A stretch of 64,000 nucleotides of DNA. Source: Escherichia coli. GTDB taxonomy: Bacteria > Pseudomonadota > Gammaproteobacteria > Enterobacterales > Enterobacteriaceae. The notes beneath the pieces are model-generated. The model was not told the origin of the DNA, ran no database searches, and saw only the letters and a program-made list of their open reading frames with translations. Of this stretch, positions 32,356-40,899 are shown one piece after another; position 1 is the first letter of the stretch; every line of letters begins with the position of its first letter. The stretch lies in NCBI RefSeq assembly GCF_044324875.1, contig NZ_CP172185.1. The stretch is one strand, 5' to 3'. Both the position numbers and the translations under genes were made by a program.

Positions 32356-34073
32356 GCCAGGGATTCCTGCACATGAAGGCTTGCAGCATAAGCCTTCTGA
32401 TAGCGTTTTTTCGCTTCCGCACGGGCAGGCTTGCCGGAGGACGTTCGGGGAATACTGTGGGGCGGCAACAGATCGATAGCCGCGGTCACGCCAAATTCGC
32501 TTTGGATCCGTGCTGCCAGCGCGTGGATAAGCTGCCCGCGACGTTCTTCATCGCTGATCCGACACTGGATCTGCAAAATGATTTTTTCCTGGGCGGTAAC
32601 AAAAGCAATCGCATCGCCAGAATGAATTTCCGGTTCCTGTTCCGCAATATATTCAATATCTTGCGGCCAGATATTGCGGCCACGAATAATAATCAGATCT
32701 TTAATGCGTCCGGTGACATACAGATAACCGTCCAGCAGATAACCGAGGTCGCCGGTGTCTAACCAGCCCGTCGCGGCAATCTCGTCTTGTGAAATCTGGT
32801 CGCCAAAGTAACCGCTCATCAGGCTAGGGCCGGAGATGCAAATATGGCCTACCACACGTTCCGCGACAGGTATACCTGCTTCATTGCGGATTTCAATGCC
32901 ATGTTCCGGCAACGCTTTACCGCAGTTGACGAAAGTCGATACGGCGCGTGTTTCAGCATCCGGCGCGACGGCTTTGCCCTGATATTCGAGGATGTCGCGA
33001 TCCACTTCGTTAACCACAACCCCGGAAGCTTCATCAGAGAAGCTGACAGCCAGCGCATTTTCTGCCAGTCCGTAGCACGGCATGAACGTTTTATCGTCAA
33101 AGTTAACCTGACGAAAACATTCAGCGAATTGATGGAGTTGTTCTGCGGAGATCGGTTCTGCGCCAATACCAGCGACGCGCCAGCAGGAAAGATCCAGTTC
33201 AGCGAGATCTTTTTCATTCACGCGGCGCTGGCACAATTCATAGCCAAACGGCGGCGCAACGGAAACGGTGCCGCGATTTTTACTGATCAATTTAAGCCAT
33301 TGCAGAGGACGCATGGCAAAATCCTGAGTGCGCAAATAATCTACTGAGAGCTGCGTGGCGACGGGGGTCAGGAGAAAGCCGACCAGTCCCATATCATGGT
33401 AGAAAGGCAGCCAGGAGACGCAGCGGTCGCCAGGGCGTAATTTAATGCCATCGTGGCTTATAGCACGTAGATTAGCCATCACTTCGCGATGGGTGATAAT
33501 GACGCCACGGGGAAAACGGGTGCTGCCGGAGGTGTACTGGAGGTAGGCGATATCGTTCGGAACTGGACGCTGGAGTGCAACATCGGCTTCCGGTAATGCC
33601 TTAAACCAGGCGTGGCTTAAAACATGTAATTCGGGTTTGTTATGCGTCGCGGCATTGACCAGCGGTAACCACTCATCACCAGTGATAATGGCTGCGGGCT
33701 GGCAACTTGCCAGTAAACCCTGCAGTTTGGCGCTCCAGGAATCCCGCTGACCGACGCCCATTGGAATCGCCAACGGGACGGCGACTAAGCCGGCATACTG
33801 GCAGGAAAAAAAAGCCTCTACGAACCCGCTACTGGTTTCGGCAATCAGCGCCACGCGATCGCCTTTTTTCAGGTTCAGCGATAACAACCGCTTCGCACCA
33901 GCTTCGGCACGCGCTTTTAACGTCTGATATTCCAGTTGATCTTCAAGTTGGCAACGTCTGTCATAAAAATTCATTCCGGCGCTACTCAGAGCGGCGTAGT
34001 CCAAAGCATCAACCAGCGTTGGAAAATCGGCATAGCGCATAGGTAGGGAATGCGTAAAGATTTTATTAGACAT
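32352..34073 (-). CDS. fatty acyl-AMP ligase / acyl-ACP synthetase-type adenylating enzyme
   Basis: Track ORF 32352..34100 (582 aa); AMP-binding motif YTSGSTRFPRGV. Start uncertain (candidates at 34100, 34073, 34040); 34073 ATG chosen. Confidence 0.75.
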   Translation of the reverse strand: MSNKIFTHSLPMRYADFPTLVDALDYAALSSAGMNFYDRRCQLEDQLEYQTLKARAEAGAKRLLSLNLKKGDRVALIAETSSGFVEAFFSCQYAGLVAVPLAIPMGVGQRDSWSAKLQGLLASCQPAAIITGDEWLPLVNAATHNKPELHVLSHAWFKALPEADVALQRPVPNDIAYLQYTSGSTRFPRGVIITHREVMANLRAISHDGIKLRPGDRCVSWLPFYHDMGLVGFLLTPVATQLSVDYLRTQDFAMRPLQWLKLISKNRGTVSVAPPFGYELCQRRVNEKDLAELDLSCWRVAGIGAEPISAEQLHQFAECFRQVNFDDKTFMPCYGLAENALAVSFSDEASGVVVNEVDRDILEYQGKAVAPDAETRAVSTFVNCGKALPEHGIEIRNEAGIPVAERVVGHICISGPSLMSGYFGDQISQDEIAATGWLDTGDLGYLLDGYLYVTGRIKDLIIIRGRNIWPQDIEYIAEQEPEIHSGDAIAFVTAQEKIILQIQCRISDEERRGQLIHALAARIQSEFGVTAAIDLLPPHSIPRTSSGKPARAEAKKRYQKAYAASLHVQESLA

Positions 34074-34444
34074 ATACACCACGAAAAAATTGGATATCAA
34101 AAATAAAATGACAATAATGCGGTGGATTATATAGGCATAAAAGATAAATGAGATAGTATTTTCATCAGTGTGAAAATGAACATTGATTTAAATAATGAGT
34201 TTGAGTTTTTTTGTTTTTATTGTGAATGATATTTAATTTATGAATGTATTAAGAAGAAGCCTTGTCCGGTCGCCTTAAATCGACAAAAGGCATTGTGGCG
34301 CTTCTGTGTAGTCTCTGACCTTATCGTAATCATTAATAAATACTATTTATTCGTCGTTTGTATTCATTGGGTTGATTATTAAGGTGCCGTTCGTTGCTGT
34401 TGCAACCTGTTTGTCACCGTTAATTATTTGTTACCCACAGAACT
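34074..34444. promoter_or_regulatory. AT-rich divergent control region between the ligase operon and yghO
   Basis: About 370 bp non-coding and strongly AT-rich, between divergently oriented starts. Confidence 0.45.
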
Positions 34445-35587
34445 ATGGAATGCGATCTGCTGATGATTAAAATTGAAAAAGTAATTAATAAAAATGACCT
34501 TAAGGCATTTATCGCTTTTCCGTCATCACTTTATCCCGACGATCCAAACTGGATACCCCCTTTATTCATTGAACGCAACGAGCATTTGTCTGCGAAAAAT
34601 CCGGGGACGGACCATATCATCTGGCAGGCGTGGGTGGCAAAAAAAGCAGGGCAGATAGTTGGGCGTATTACCGCGCAAATCGATACCTTGCACCGCGAGC
34701 GTTACGGCAAAGATACCGGTCATTTCGGCATGATTGACGCCATTGATGATCCGCAGGTTTTTGCCGCGTTGTTTGGCGCAGCGGAAGCGTGGTTGAAGTC
34801 ACAAGGTGCAAGTAAGATCAGCGGTCCTTTCAGCCTGAATATCAATCAGGAAAGCGGATTACTGATTGAAGGTTTCGATACACCACCCTGTGCGATGATG
34901 CCACACGGCAAACCGTGGTATGCCGCGCATATTGAACAATTGGGTTATCACAAAGGCATTGATTTACTGGCGTGGTGGATGCAGCGAACCGATCTCACTT
35001 TCTCTCCGGCCCTAAAAAAACTGATGGATCAGGTGCGCAAAAAAGTGACCATTCGCTGCATCAATCGCCAGCGGTTTGCCGAAGAGATGCAGATCCTGCG
35101 TGAGATTTTCAACTCTGGCTGGCAGCATAACTGGGGATTTGTGCCGTTTACCGAACATGAGTTCGCGACTATGGGCGATCAGCTTAAGTACCTGGTGCCG
35201 GACGATATGATCTACATCGCCGAGATTGATTCTGCACCCTGTGCGTTTATTGTCGGCTTACCGAACATCAACGAGGCGATTGCCGATCTGAACGGATCGC
35301 TCTTTCCCTTCGGCTGGGCAAAATTGCTGTGGCGTTTAAAAGTCAGCGGTGTGCGAACTGCGCGAGTACCGCTGATGGGCGTGCGGGACGAGTATCAGTT
35401 TAGCCGCATCGGCCCGGTGATTGCGCTGTTATTGATTGAAGCCTTACGCGATCCGTTTGCCCGCCGGAAGATCGATGCGCTGGAAATGTCATGGATCCTC
35501 GAAACCAATATAGGCATGAATAACATGCTGGAACGCATTGGGGCGGAGCCGTACAAGCGTTACCGATTGTATGAAAAGCAGATTTAA
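34445..35587 (+). CDS. yghO: YghO-family protein, predicted acyl-CoA N-acyltransferase-like fold (intact here)
   Basis: 380-aa ORF MECDLLMIKIEKVINKNDLKAFIAFPSS... adjacent to glcC as yghO is in K-12; fold assignment is from memory. Confidence 0.65.
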   Translation: MECDLLMIKIEKVINKNDLKAFIAFPSSLYPDDPNWIPPLFIERNEHLSAKNPGTDHIIWQAWVAKKAGQIVGRITAQIDTLHRERYGKDTGHFGMIDAIDDPQVFAALFGAAEAWLKSQGASKISGPFSLNINQESGLLIEGFDTPPCAMMPHGKPWYAAHIEQLGYHKGIDLLAWWMQRTDLTFSPALKKLMDQVRKKVTIRCINRQRFAEEMQILREIFNSGWQHNWGFVPFTEHEFATMGDQLKYLVPDDMIYIAEIDSAPCAFIVGLPNINEAIADLNGSLFPFGWAKLLWRLKVSGVRTARVPLMGVRDEYQFSRIGPVIALLLIEALRDPFARRKIDALEMSWILETNIGMNNMLERIGAEPYKRYRLYEKQI

Positions 35588-35607
35588 TACCAGATCCTGT
35601 TAAGCGC

Positions 35608-35656
35608 AGGGGCGATCCCTCGCCCCTCGGGGAAAGGGTTAGGGTGAGGGTGAAAA
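35608..35656. repeat. GC-rich palindromic intergenic element between convergent yghO and glcC
   Basis: AGGGGCGA tccc TCGCCCCT perfect dyad followed by GGGGAAAGGGTTAGGGTGAGGGTG. Confidence 0.4.
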
Positions 35657-35662
35657 CTCGGC

Positions 35663-36433
35663 TCACATTCCCACCTTGTTCATCTCCAGCGGCACCGCCG
35701 AGCGAATCAAATGGTGGCCTTCCAGCTCGATATCGTGGAGATTCTTTTTCACGGTCCGCACATGATCGCGTGCTGCGCGCTGGGCGACGTGCGGCAGCCG
35801 CTGCAACACCGCGTTGTAGATCCGCGCATGCTGGCGATCGATCTGCTTTTTTTGCTGTGGTCGATGGTAGAGATTATTTACGCTGGCAAACACTGAATTA
35901 AACATCAGATCGGTCAATGATTGCAGCGTAAACACCAACACCTGATTGTGAGAAGCCTGACAAATGGCGAGATGGAAAGCGTGATCCAACTGCGCATGTT
36001 CGATCAGCGAAATCTCTTTGTTGTTCTCACTGGCGGCGAGCATTTTTTCATAACAGCGGGTTATCACAACAAAATCAGCCTGGGTTCCCAGCGTTGCCGC
36101 AAGCCTTGCCGATTCACCCTCCAGCAATGCGCGAACGTCGAGCAGATCGTACAGCGTTCGCGGCTGCGTGCTGAACAGATGAATTAGCGGGCTGGTGTCC
36201 TGCACCCGATTAAGCCGTGCGACACGAGAATCGCGACCCTGCGCCGTTTCAATAATCCCGCGCCCGCGCAGCACGGTCAGCCCTTCACGCAGTGCGGAGC
36301 GTGAGAAGCCGAGCTTTTCACACAGTCGACGTTCCGAGGGAAGCGGCTGACCGACCTTCAGTACGCCGTCGATAATTAACCGTTCGATACTCTCTGCAAC
36401 CACTTCGCAAATAGGGCGACGTTCATCTTTCAT
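35663..36433 (-). CDS. glcC: GntR/FadR-family transcriptional activator of the glycolate operon
   Basis: Start MKDERRPICEVVAESIERLIIDGVLKVGQPLPSERRL (codon 21 of track ORF). Confidence 0.9.
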   Translation of the reverse strand: MKDERRPICEVVAESIERLIIDGVLKVGQPLPSERRLCEKLGFSRSALREGLTVLRGRGIIETAQGRDSRVARLNRVQDTSPLIHLFSTQPRTLYDLLDVRALLEGESARLAATLGTQADFVVITRCYEKMLAASENNKEISLIEHAQLDHAFHLAICQASHNQVLVFTLQSLTDLMFNSVFASVNNLYHRPQQKKQIDRQHARIYNAVLQRLPHVAQRAARDHVRTVKKNLHDIELEGHHLIRSAVPLEMNKVGM

Positions 36434-36683
36434 TCCCGGACCTCGTGCACAGGTAGGACCAATTTTTCTGTTCTTGACTCGCAAAACACGCACATCACGT
36501 AAGTGATTATGTTACATCAATTTAACATTAAGTTAACCAAGACAAGGTCACAGAGCTGGAAAAAAAATGGTCTGACCGGTAGCTAAAGAGATAGACGAAA
36601 ACGAAAAGCCCGCTTAATAACTGTTCACAGAAGCAGCGCGCAAAAATCAGCTGCCACACAACACAACAAAGCGAAGCCTACTC
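36434..36683. promoter_or_regulatory. glcC / glcDEFGBA divergent promoter region
   Basis: 250-bp non-coding interval between divergent glcC and glcD; inference from position. Confidence 0.45.
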
Positions 36684-38183
36684 ATGAGCATCTTGTACGA
36701 AGAGCGTCTTGATGGCGCTTTACCCGATGTCGACTGCACATCGGTACTGATGGCACTGCGTGAGCATGTCCCTGGACTTGAGATCCTGCATACCGATGAG
36801 GAGATCATTCCTTACGAGTGTGACGGGTTGAGCGCGTATCGCACGCGTCCATTACTGGTTGTTTTGCCAAAGCAGATGGAACAGGTGACGGCGATTCTGG
36901 CTGTCTGCCACCGCCTGCGTATACCGGTGGTGACCCGTGGTGCAGGCACCGGGCTTTCTGGTGGCGCGCTGCCGCTGGAAAAAGGTGTGTTGTTGGTGAT
37001 GGCGCGCTTTAAAGAGATCCTCGACATTAATCCCATTGGTCGCCGCGCGCGCGTGCAGCCGGGCGTGCGTAACCTGGCGATCTCCCAGGCCGTTGCGCCG
37101 CATAATCTCTATTACGCGCCGGATCCTTCCTCACAAATCGCCTGTTCAATTGGCGGCAATGTGGCGGAAAATGCCGGTGGCGTACACTGCCTGAAATATG
37201 GTCTGACCGTACATAACCTGCTGAAAATTGAAGTGCAAACGCTGGACGGCGAGGCGCTGACGCTGGGATCGGATGCGCTGGATTCGCCTGGTTTTGACCT
37301 GCTGGCGCTGTTCACCGGATCGGAAGGTATGCTCGGCGTGACCACCGAAGTAACGGTGAAGCTGTTGCCGAAGCCGCCCGTGGCGCGGGTTCTGTTAGCC
37401 AGCTTTGACTCGGTAGAAAAAGCCGGACTTGCAGTTGGTGACATCATCGCCAATGGCATTATCCCCGGCGGGCTGGAGATGATGGATAACCTGTCGATCC
37501 GCGCGGCGGAAGATTTTATTCATGCCGGTTATCCCGTCGACGCCGAAGCGATTTTGTTATGCGAGCTGGACGGCGTGGAGTCTGACGTACAGGAAGACTG
37601 CGAGCGGGTTAACGACATCTTGTTGAAAGCGGGCGCGACTGACGTCCGTCTGGCACAGGACGAAGCAGAGCGCGTACGTTTCTGGGCCGGTCGCAAAAAT
37701 GCGTTCCCTGCGGTAGGACGAATCTCCCCGGATTACTACTGCATGGATGGCACCATCCCGCGCCGTGCCCTGCCTGGCGTACTGGAAGGCATTGCCCGTT
37801 TATCGCAGCAATATGATTTACGTGTTGCTAACGTCTTTCATGCCGGAGACGGCAACATGCACCCGTTAATCCTTTTCGATGCCAACGAACCCGGTGAATT
37901 TGCCCGCGCGGAAGAGCTGGGCGGGAAGATCCTCGAACTCTGCGTTGAAGTTGGCGGCAGCATCAGTGGGGAACATGGCATCGGGCGAGAAAAAATCAAT
38001 CAAATGTGCGCCCAGTTCAACAGCGATGAAATCACGACCTTCCATGCGGTCAAGGCGGCGTTTGATCCCGATGGTTTGCTGAACCCAGGAAAAAACATTC
38101 CCACGCTACACCGCTGTGCTGAATTTGGTGCCATGCATGTGCATCACGGTCATTTACCTTTCCCTGAACTGGAGCGTTTCTGA
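36684..38183 (+). CDS. glcD: glycolate oxidase FAD-binding subunit
   Basis: 499-aa ORF MSILYEERLDGALPDVD... Confidence 0.95.
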   Translation: MSILYEERLDGALPDVDCTSVLMALREHVPGLEILHTDEEIIPYECDGLSAYRTRPLLVVLPKQMEQVTAILAVCHRLRIPVVTRGAGTGLSGGALPLEKGVLLVMARFKEILDINPIGRRARVQPGVRNLAISQAVAPHNLYYAPDPSSQIACSIGGNVAENAGGVHCLKYGLTVHNLLKIEVQTLDGEALTLGSDALDSPGFDLLALFTGSEGMLGVTTEVTVKLLPKPPVARVLLASFDSVEKAGLAVGDIIANGIIPGGLEMMDNLSIRAAEDFIHAGYPVDAEAILLCELDGVESDVQEDCERVNDILLKAGATDVRLAQDEAERVRFWAGRKNAFPAVGRISPDYYCMDGTIPRRALPGVLEGIARLSQQYDLRVANVFHAGDGNMHPLILFDANEPGEFARAEELGGKILELCVEVGGSISGEHGIGREKINQMCAQFNSDEITTFHAVKAAFDPDGLLNPGKNIPTLHRCAEFGAMHVHHGHLPFPELERF

Positions 38184-39235
38184 TGCTACGCGAGTGTGAT
38201 TACAGCCAGGCGCTGCTGGAGCAGGTGAATCAGGCGATTAGCGATAAAACGCCGCTGGTGATTCAGGGCAGCAATAGCAAAGCCTTTTTAGGTCGTCCTG
38301 TCACCGGGCAAACGCTGGATGTGCGTTGTCATCGCGGCATTGTTAATTACGACCCGACCGAGCTGGTGATAACCGCTCGTGCCGGAACGCCGCTGGTGGC
38401 GATTGAAGCGGCGCTGGAGAGCGCCGGGCAAATGCTCCCCTGCGAGCCGCCACATTATGGTGAAGAAGCCACCTGGGGCGGGATGGTCTCCTGCGGGCTG
38501 GCGGGGCCGCGTCGCCCGTGGAGCGGTTCGGTCCGCGATTTTGTCCTCGGCACGCGCATCATTACCGGCACTGGAAAACATCTGCGTTTTGGTGGCGAAG
38601 TGATGAAAAACGTTGCCGGATACGATCTCTCACGGTTAATGGCCGGAAGCTACGGTTGTCTGGGGGTGCTCACTGAAATCTCGATGAAAGTGTTACCGCG
38701 ACCACGCGCCACCCTGAGTCTGCGTCGGGAAATCAGCCTGCAAGAAGCCATGAATGAAATCGCCCAGTGGCAACTCCAGCCATTACCCATTAGTGGCTTA
38801 TGTTACTTCGACAATGCGTTGTGGATCCGCCTTGAGGGCGGCGAAGGATCGGTAAAAGCAGCGCGTGAACTGCTGGGGGGCGAAGAGGTTGCGGGTCAGT
38901 TCTGGCAGCAATTGCGTGAACAACAACTGCCGTTCTTCTCGTTACCAGGTACCTTATGGCGCATTTCCTTACCCAGCGATGCGCCGATGATAGATTTACC
39001 CGGCGAGCAACTGATCGACTGGGGCGGGGCGCTACGCTGGCTGAAATCGACAGCCGATGACAATCAAATCCATCGCATCGCCCGCAACGCTGGCGGTCAT
39101 GCGACCCGCTTTAGTGCCGGAGATGGTGGCTTTGCCCCGCTACCGGCTCCTTTATTCCGCTATCACCAGCAGCTTAAACAGCAGCTCGACCCTTGCGGCG
39201 TGTTTAACCCCGGTCGCATGTACGCGGAACTTTGA
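38183..39235 (+). CDS. glcE: glycolate oxidase FAD-binding subunit GlcE
   Basis: 350-aa ORF; start overlaps glcD stop. Confidence 0.93.
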   Translation: MLRECDYSQALLEQVNQAISDKTPLVIQGSNSKAFLGRPVTGQTLDVRCHRGIVNYDPTELVITARAGTPLVAIEAALESAGQMLPCEPPHYGEEATWGGMVSCGLAGPRRPWSGSVRDFVLGTRIITGTGKHLRFGGEVMKNVAGYDLSRLMAGSYGCLGVLTEISMKVLPRPRATLSLRREISLQEAMNEIAQWQLQPLPISGLCYFDNALWIRLEGGEGSVKAARELLGGEEVAGQFWQQLREQQLPFFSLPGTLWRISLPSDAPMIDLPGEQLIDWGGALRWLKSTADDNQIHRIARNAGGHATRFSAGDGGFAPLPAPLFRYHQQLKQQLDPCGVFNPGRMYAEL

Positions 39236-39245
39236 GGAGCAGGCT

Positions 39246-40469
39246 ATGCAAACCCGATTAACCGAAGAGATGCGGCAGAACGCGCGCGCGCTGGAAGCCG
39301 ACAGCATCCTGCGCGCCTGTGTTCACTGCGGATTTTGTACCGCAACCTGCCCAACCTATCAGCTTCTGGGCGATGAACTGGACGGGCCGCGCGGGCGCAT
39401 CTATCTGATTAAACAGGTGCTGGAAGGCAACGAAGTCACGCTTAAAACACAGGAGCATCTCGATCGCTGTCTCACTTGCCGCAATTGTGAAACCACCTGT
39501 CCTTCTGGTGTGCGCTATCACAATTTGCTCGATATCGGGCGTGATATTGTCGAGCAGAAAGTGAAACGCCCACTGCCGGAGCGAATGCTGCGCGATGGAT
39601 TGCGCCAGGTAGTGCCGCGTCCGGCGGTGTTTCGTGCGCTGACGCAGGTAGGGCTGGTGCTGCGACCGTTTTTACCGGAGCAGGTCAGAGCAAAATTGCC
39701 TGCCGAAACGGTGAAAGCTAAACCGCGTCCGCCGCTGCGCCATAAGCGTCGGGTTTTAATGCTGGAAGGCTGCGCCCAGCCTACGCTTTCGCCCAACACC
39801 AACGCGGCAACTGCGCGAGTGCTGGATCGTCTGGGGATCAGCGTCATGCCAGCTAACGAAGCAGGCTGTTGTGGCGCGGTGGACTATCATCTTAATGCGC
39901 AAGAGAAAGGGCTGGCGCGGGCGCGCAATAATATTGATGCCTGGTGGCCCGCGATTGAAGCAGGTGCCGAGGCAATTTTGCAAACCGCCAGCGGTTGTGG
40001 CGCGTTCGTCAAAGAGTATGGGCAGATGCTGAAAAACGATGCGTTGTATGCCGATAAAGCGCGTCAGGTCAGTGAGCTGGCGGTCGATTTAGTCGAACTT
40101 CTGCGCGAGGAACCGCTGGAAAAACTGGCAATTCGAGGCGATAAAAAACTGGCCTTCCACTGCCCGTGTACCCTACAACATGCGCAAAAGCTGAACGGCG
40201 AAGTGGAAAAAGTGTTACTTCGTCTTGGATTTACCTTAACGGACGTTCCCGACAGCCATCTGTGCTGCGGTTCAGCGGGAACATATGCGTTAACGCATCC
40301 CGATCTGGCACGCCAGCTGCGGGATAACAAAATGAATGCGCTGGAAAGCGGCAAACCGGAAATGATCGTCACCGCCAACATTGGTTGCCAGACGCATCTG
40401 GCGAGCGCCGGTCGTACCTCTGTGCGTCACTGGATTGAAATTGTAGAACAAGCCCTTGAAAAGGAATAA
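39246..40469 (+). CDS. glcF: glycolate oxidase iron-sulfur subunit
   Basis: Start MQTRLTEEMRQNARALEADSILRACVHCGFCTATCP (codon 64 of track ORF 39057..40469), 407 aa; two CxxCxxCxxxCP motifs. Confidence 0.93.
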   Translation: MQTRLTEEMRQNARALEADSILRACVHCGFCTATCPTYQLLGDELDGPRGRIYLIKQVLEGNEVTLKTQEHLDRCLTCRNCETTCPSGVRYHNLLDIGRDIVEQKVKRPLPERMLRDGLRQVVPRPAVFRALTQVGLVLRPFLPEQVRAKLPAETVKAKPRPPLRHKRRVLMLEGCAQPTLSPNTNAATARVLDRLGISVMPANEAGCCGAVDYHLNAQEKGLARARNNIDAWWPAIEAGAEAILQTASGCGAFVKEYGQMLKNDALYADKARQVSELAVDLVELLREEPLEKLAIRGDKKLAFHCPCTLQHAQKLNGEVEKVLLRLGFTLTDVPDSHLCCGSAGTYALTHPDLARQLRDNKMNALESGKPEMIVTANIGCQTHLASAGRTSVRHWIEIVEQALEKE

Positions 40470-40473
40470 CAAA

Positions 40474-40878
40474 ATGAAAACTAAAGTCATTCTTAGCCAG
40501 CAAATGGCGAGTGCAATTATTGCCGCAGGTCAGGAAGAGGCGCAGAAAAATAACTGGTCTGTTTCCATTGCTGTTGCCGATGACGGCGGTCATCTGCTGG
40601 CGTTAAGTCGCATGGACGATTGCGCGCCGATTGCGGCTTACATCGCCCAGGAGAAAGCGCGTACCGCCGCGCTGGGGCGTCGTGAAACTAAGGGCTATGA
40701 AGAGATGGTGAACAACGGACGTACCGCGTTCGTGACTGCGCCGTTACTGACGTCGCTGGAAGGTGGCGTACCGGTTGTTGTGGATGGGCAAATTATTGGT
40801 GCCGTGGGCGTTTCTGGTTTAACCGGAGCACAGGATGCGCAGGTCGCGAAAGCGGCAGCAGCGGTGTTGGCGAAATAA
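40474..40878 (+). CDS. glcG: GlcG (heme-binding DUF336-family protein)
   Basis: Start MKTKVILSQQMASAIIAAG (codon 7 of track ORF), 134 aa. Confidence 0.88.
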   Translation: MKTKVILSQQMASAIIAAGQEEAQKNNWSVSIAVADDGGHLLALSRMDDCAPIAAYIAQEKARTAALGRRETKGYEEMVNNGRTAFVTAPLLTSLEGGVPVVVDGQIIGAVGVSGLTGAQDAQVAKAAAAVLAK

Positions 40879-40899
40879 GCGAAAACGAGGAGATAAACA

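Noticed and set aside
35400-35666. 88-aa minus-strand ORF spanning the yghO 3' end and the yghO-glcC intergenic element
   Set aside because: N-terminal part is the translation of a GC-rich palindromic repeat and the rest overlaps yghO antisense; treated as an artefact.
39057-39245. Upstream extension of the glcF ORF overlapping the glcE 3' end
   Set aside because: Extension is an alternative-frame read of glcE; the conserved GlcF N-terminus begins at 39246.
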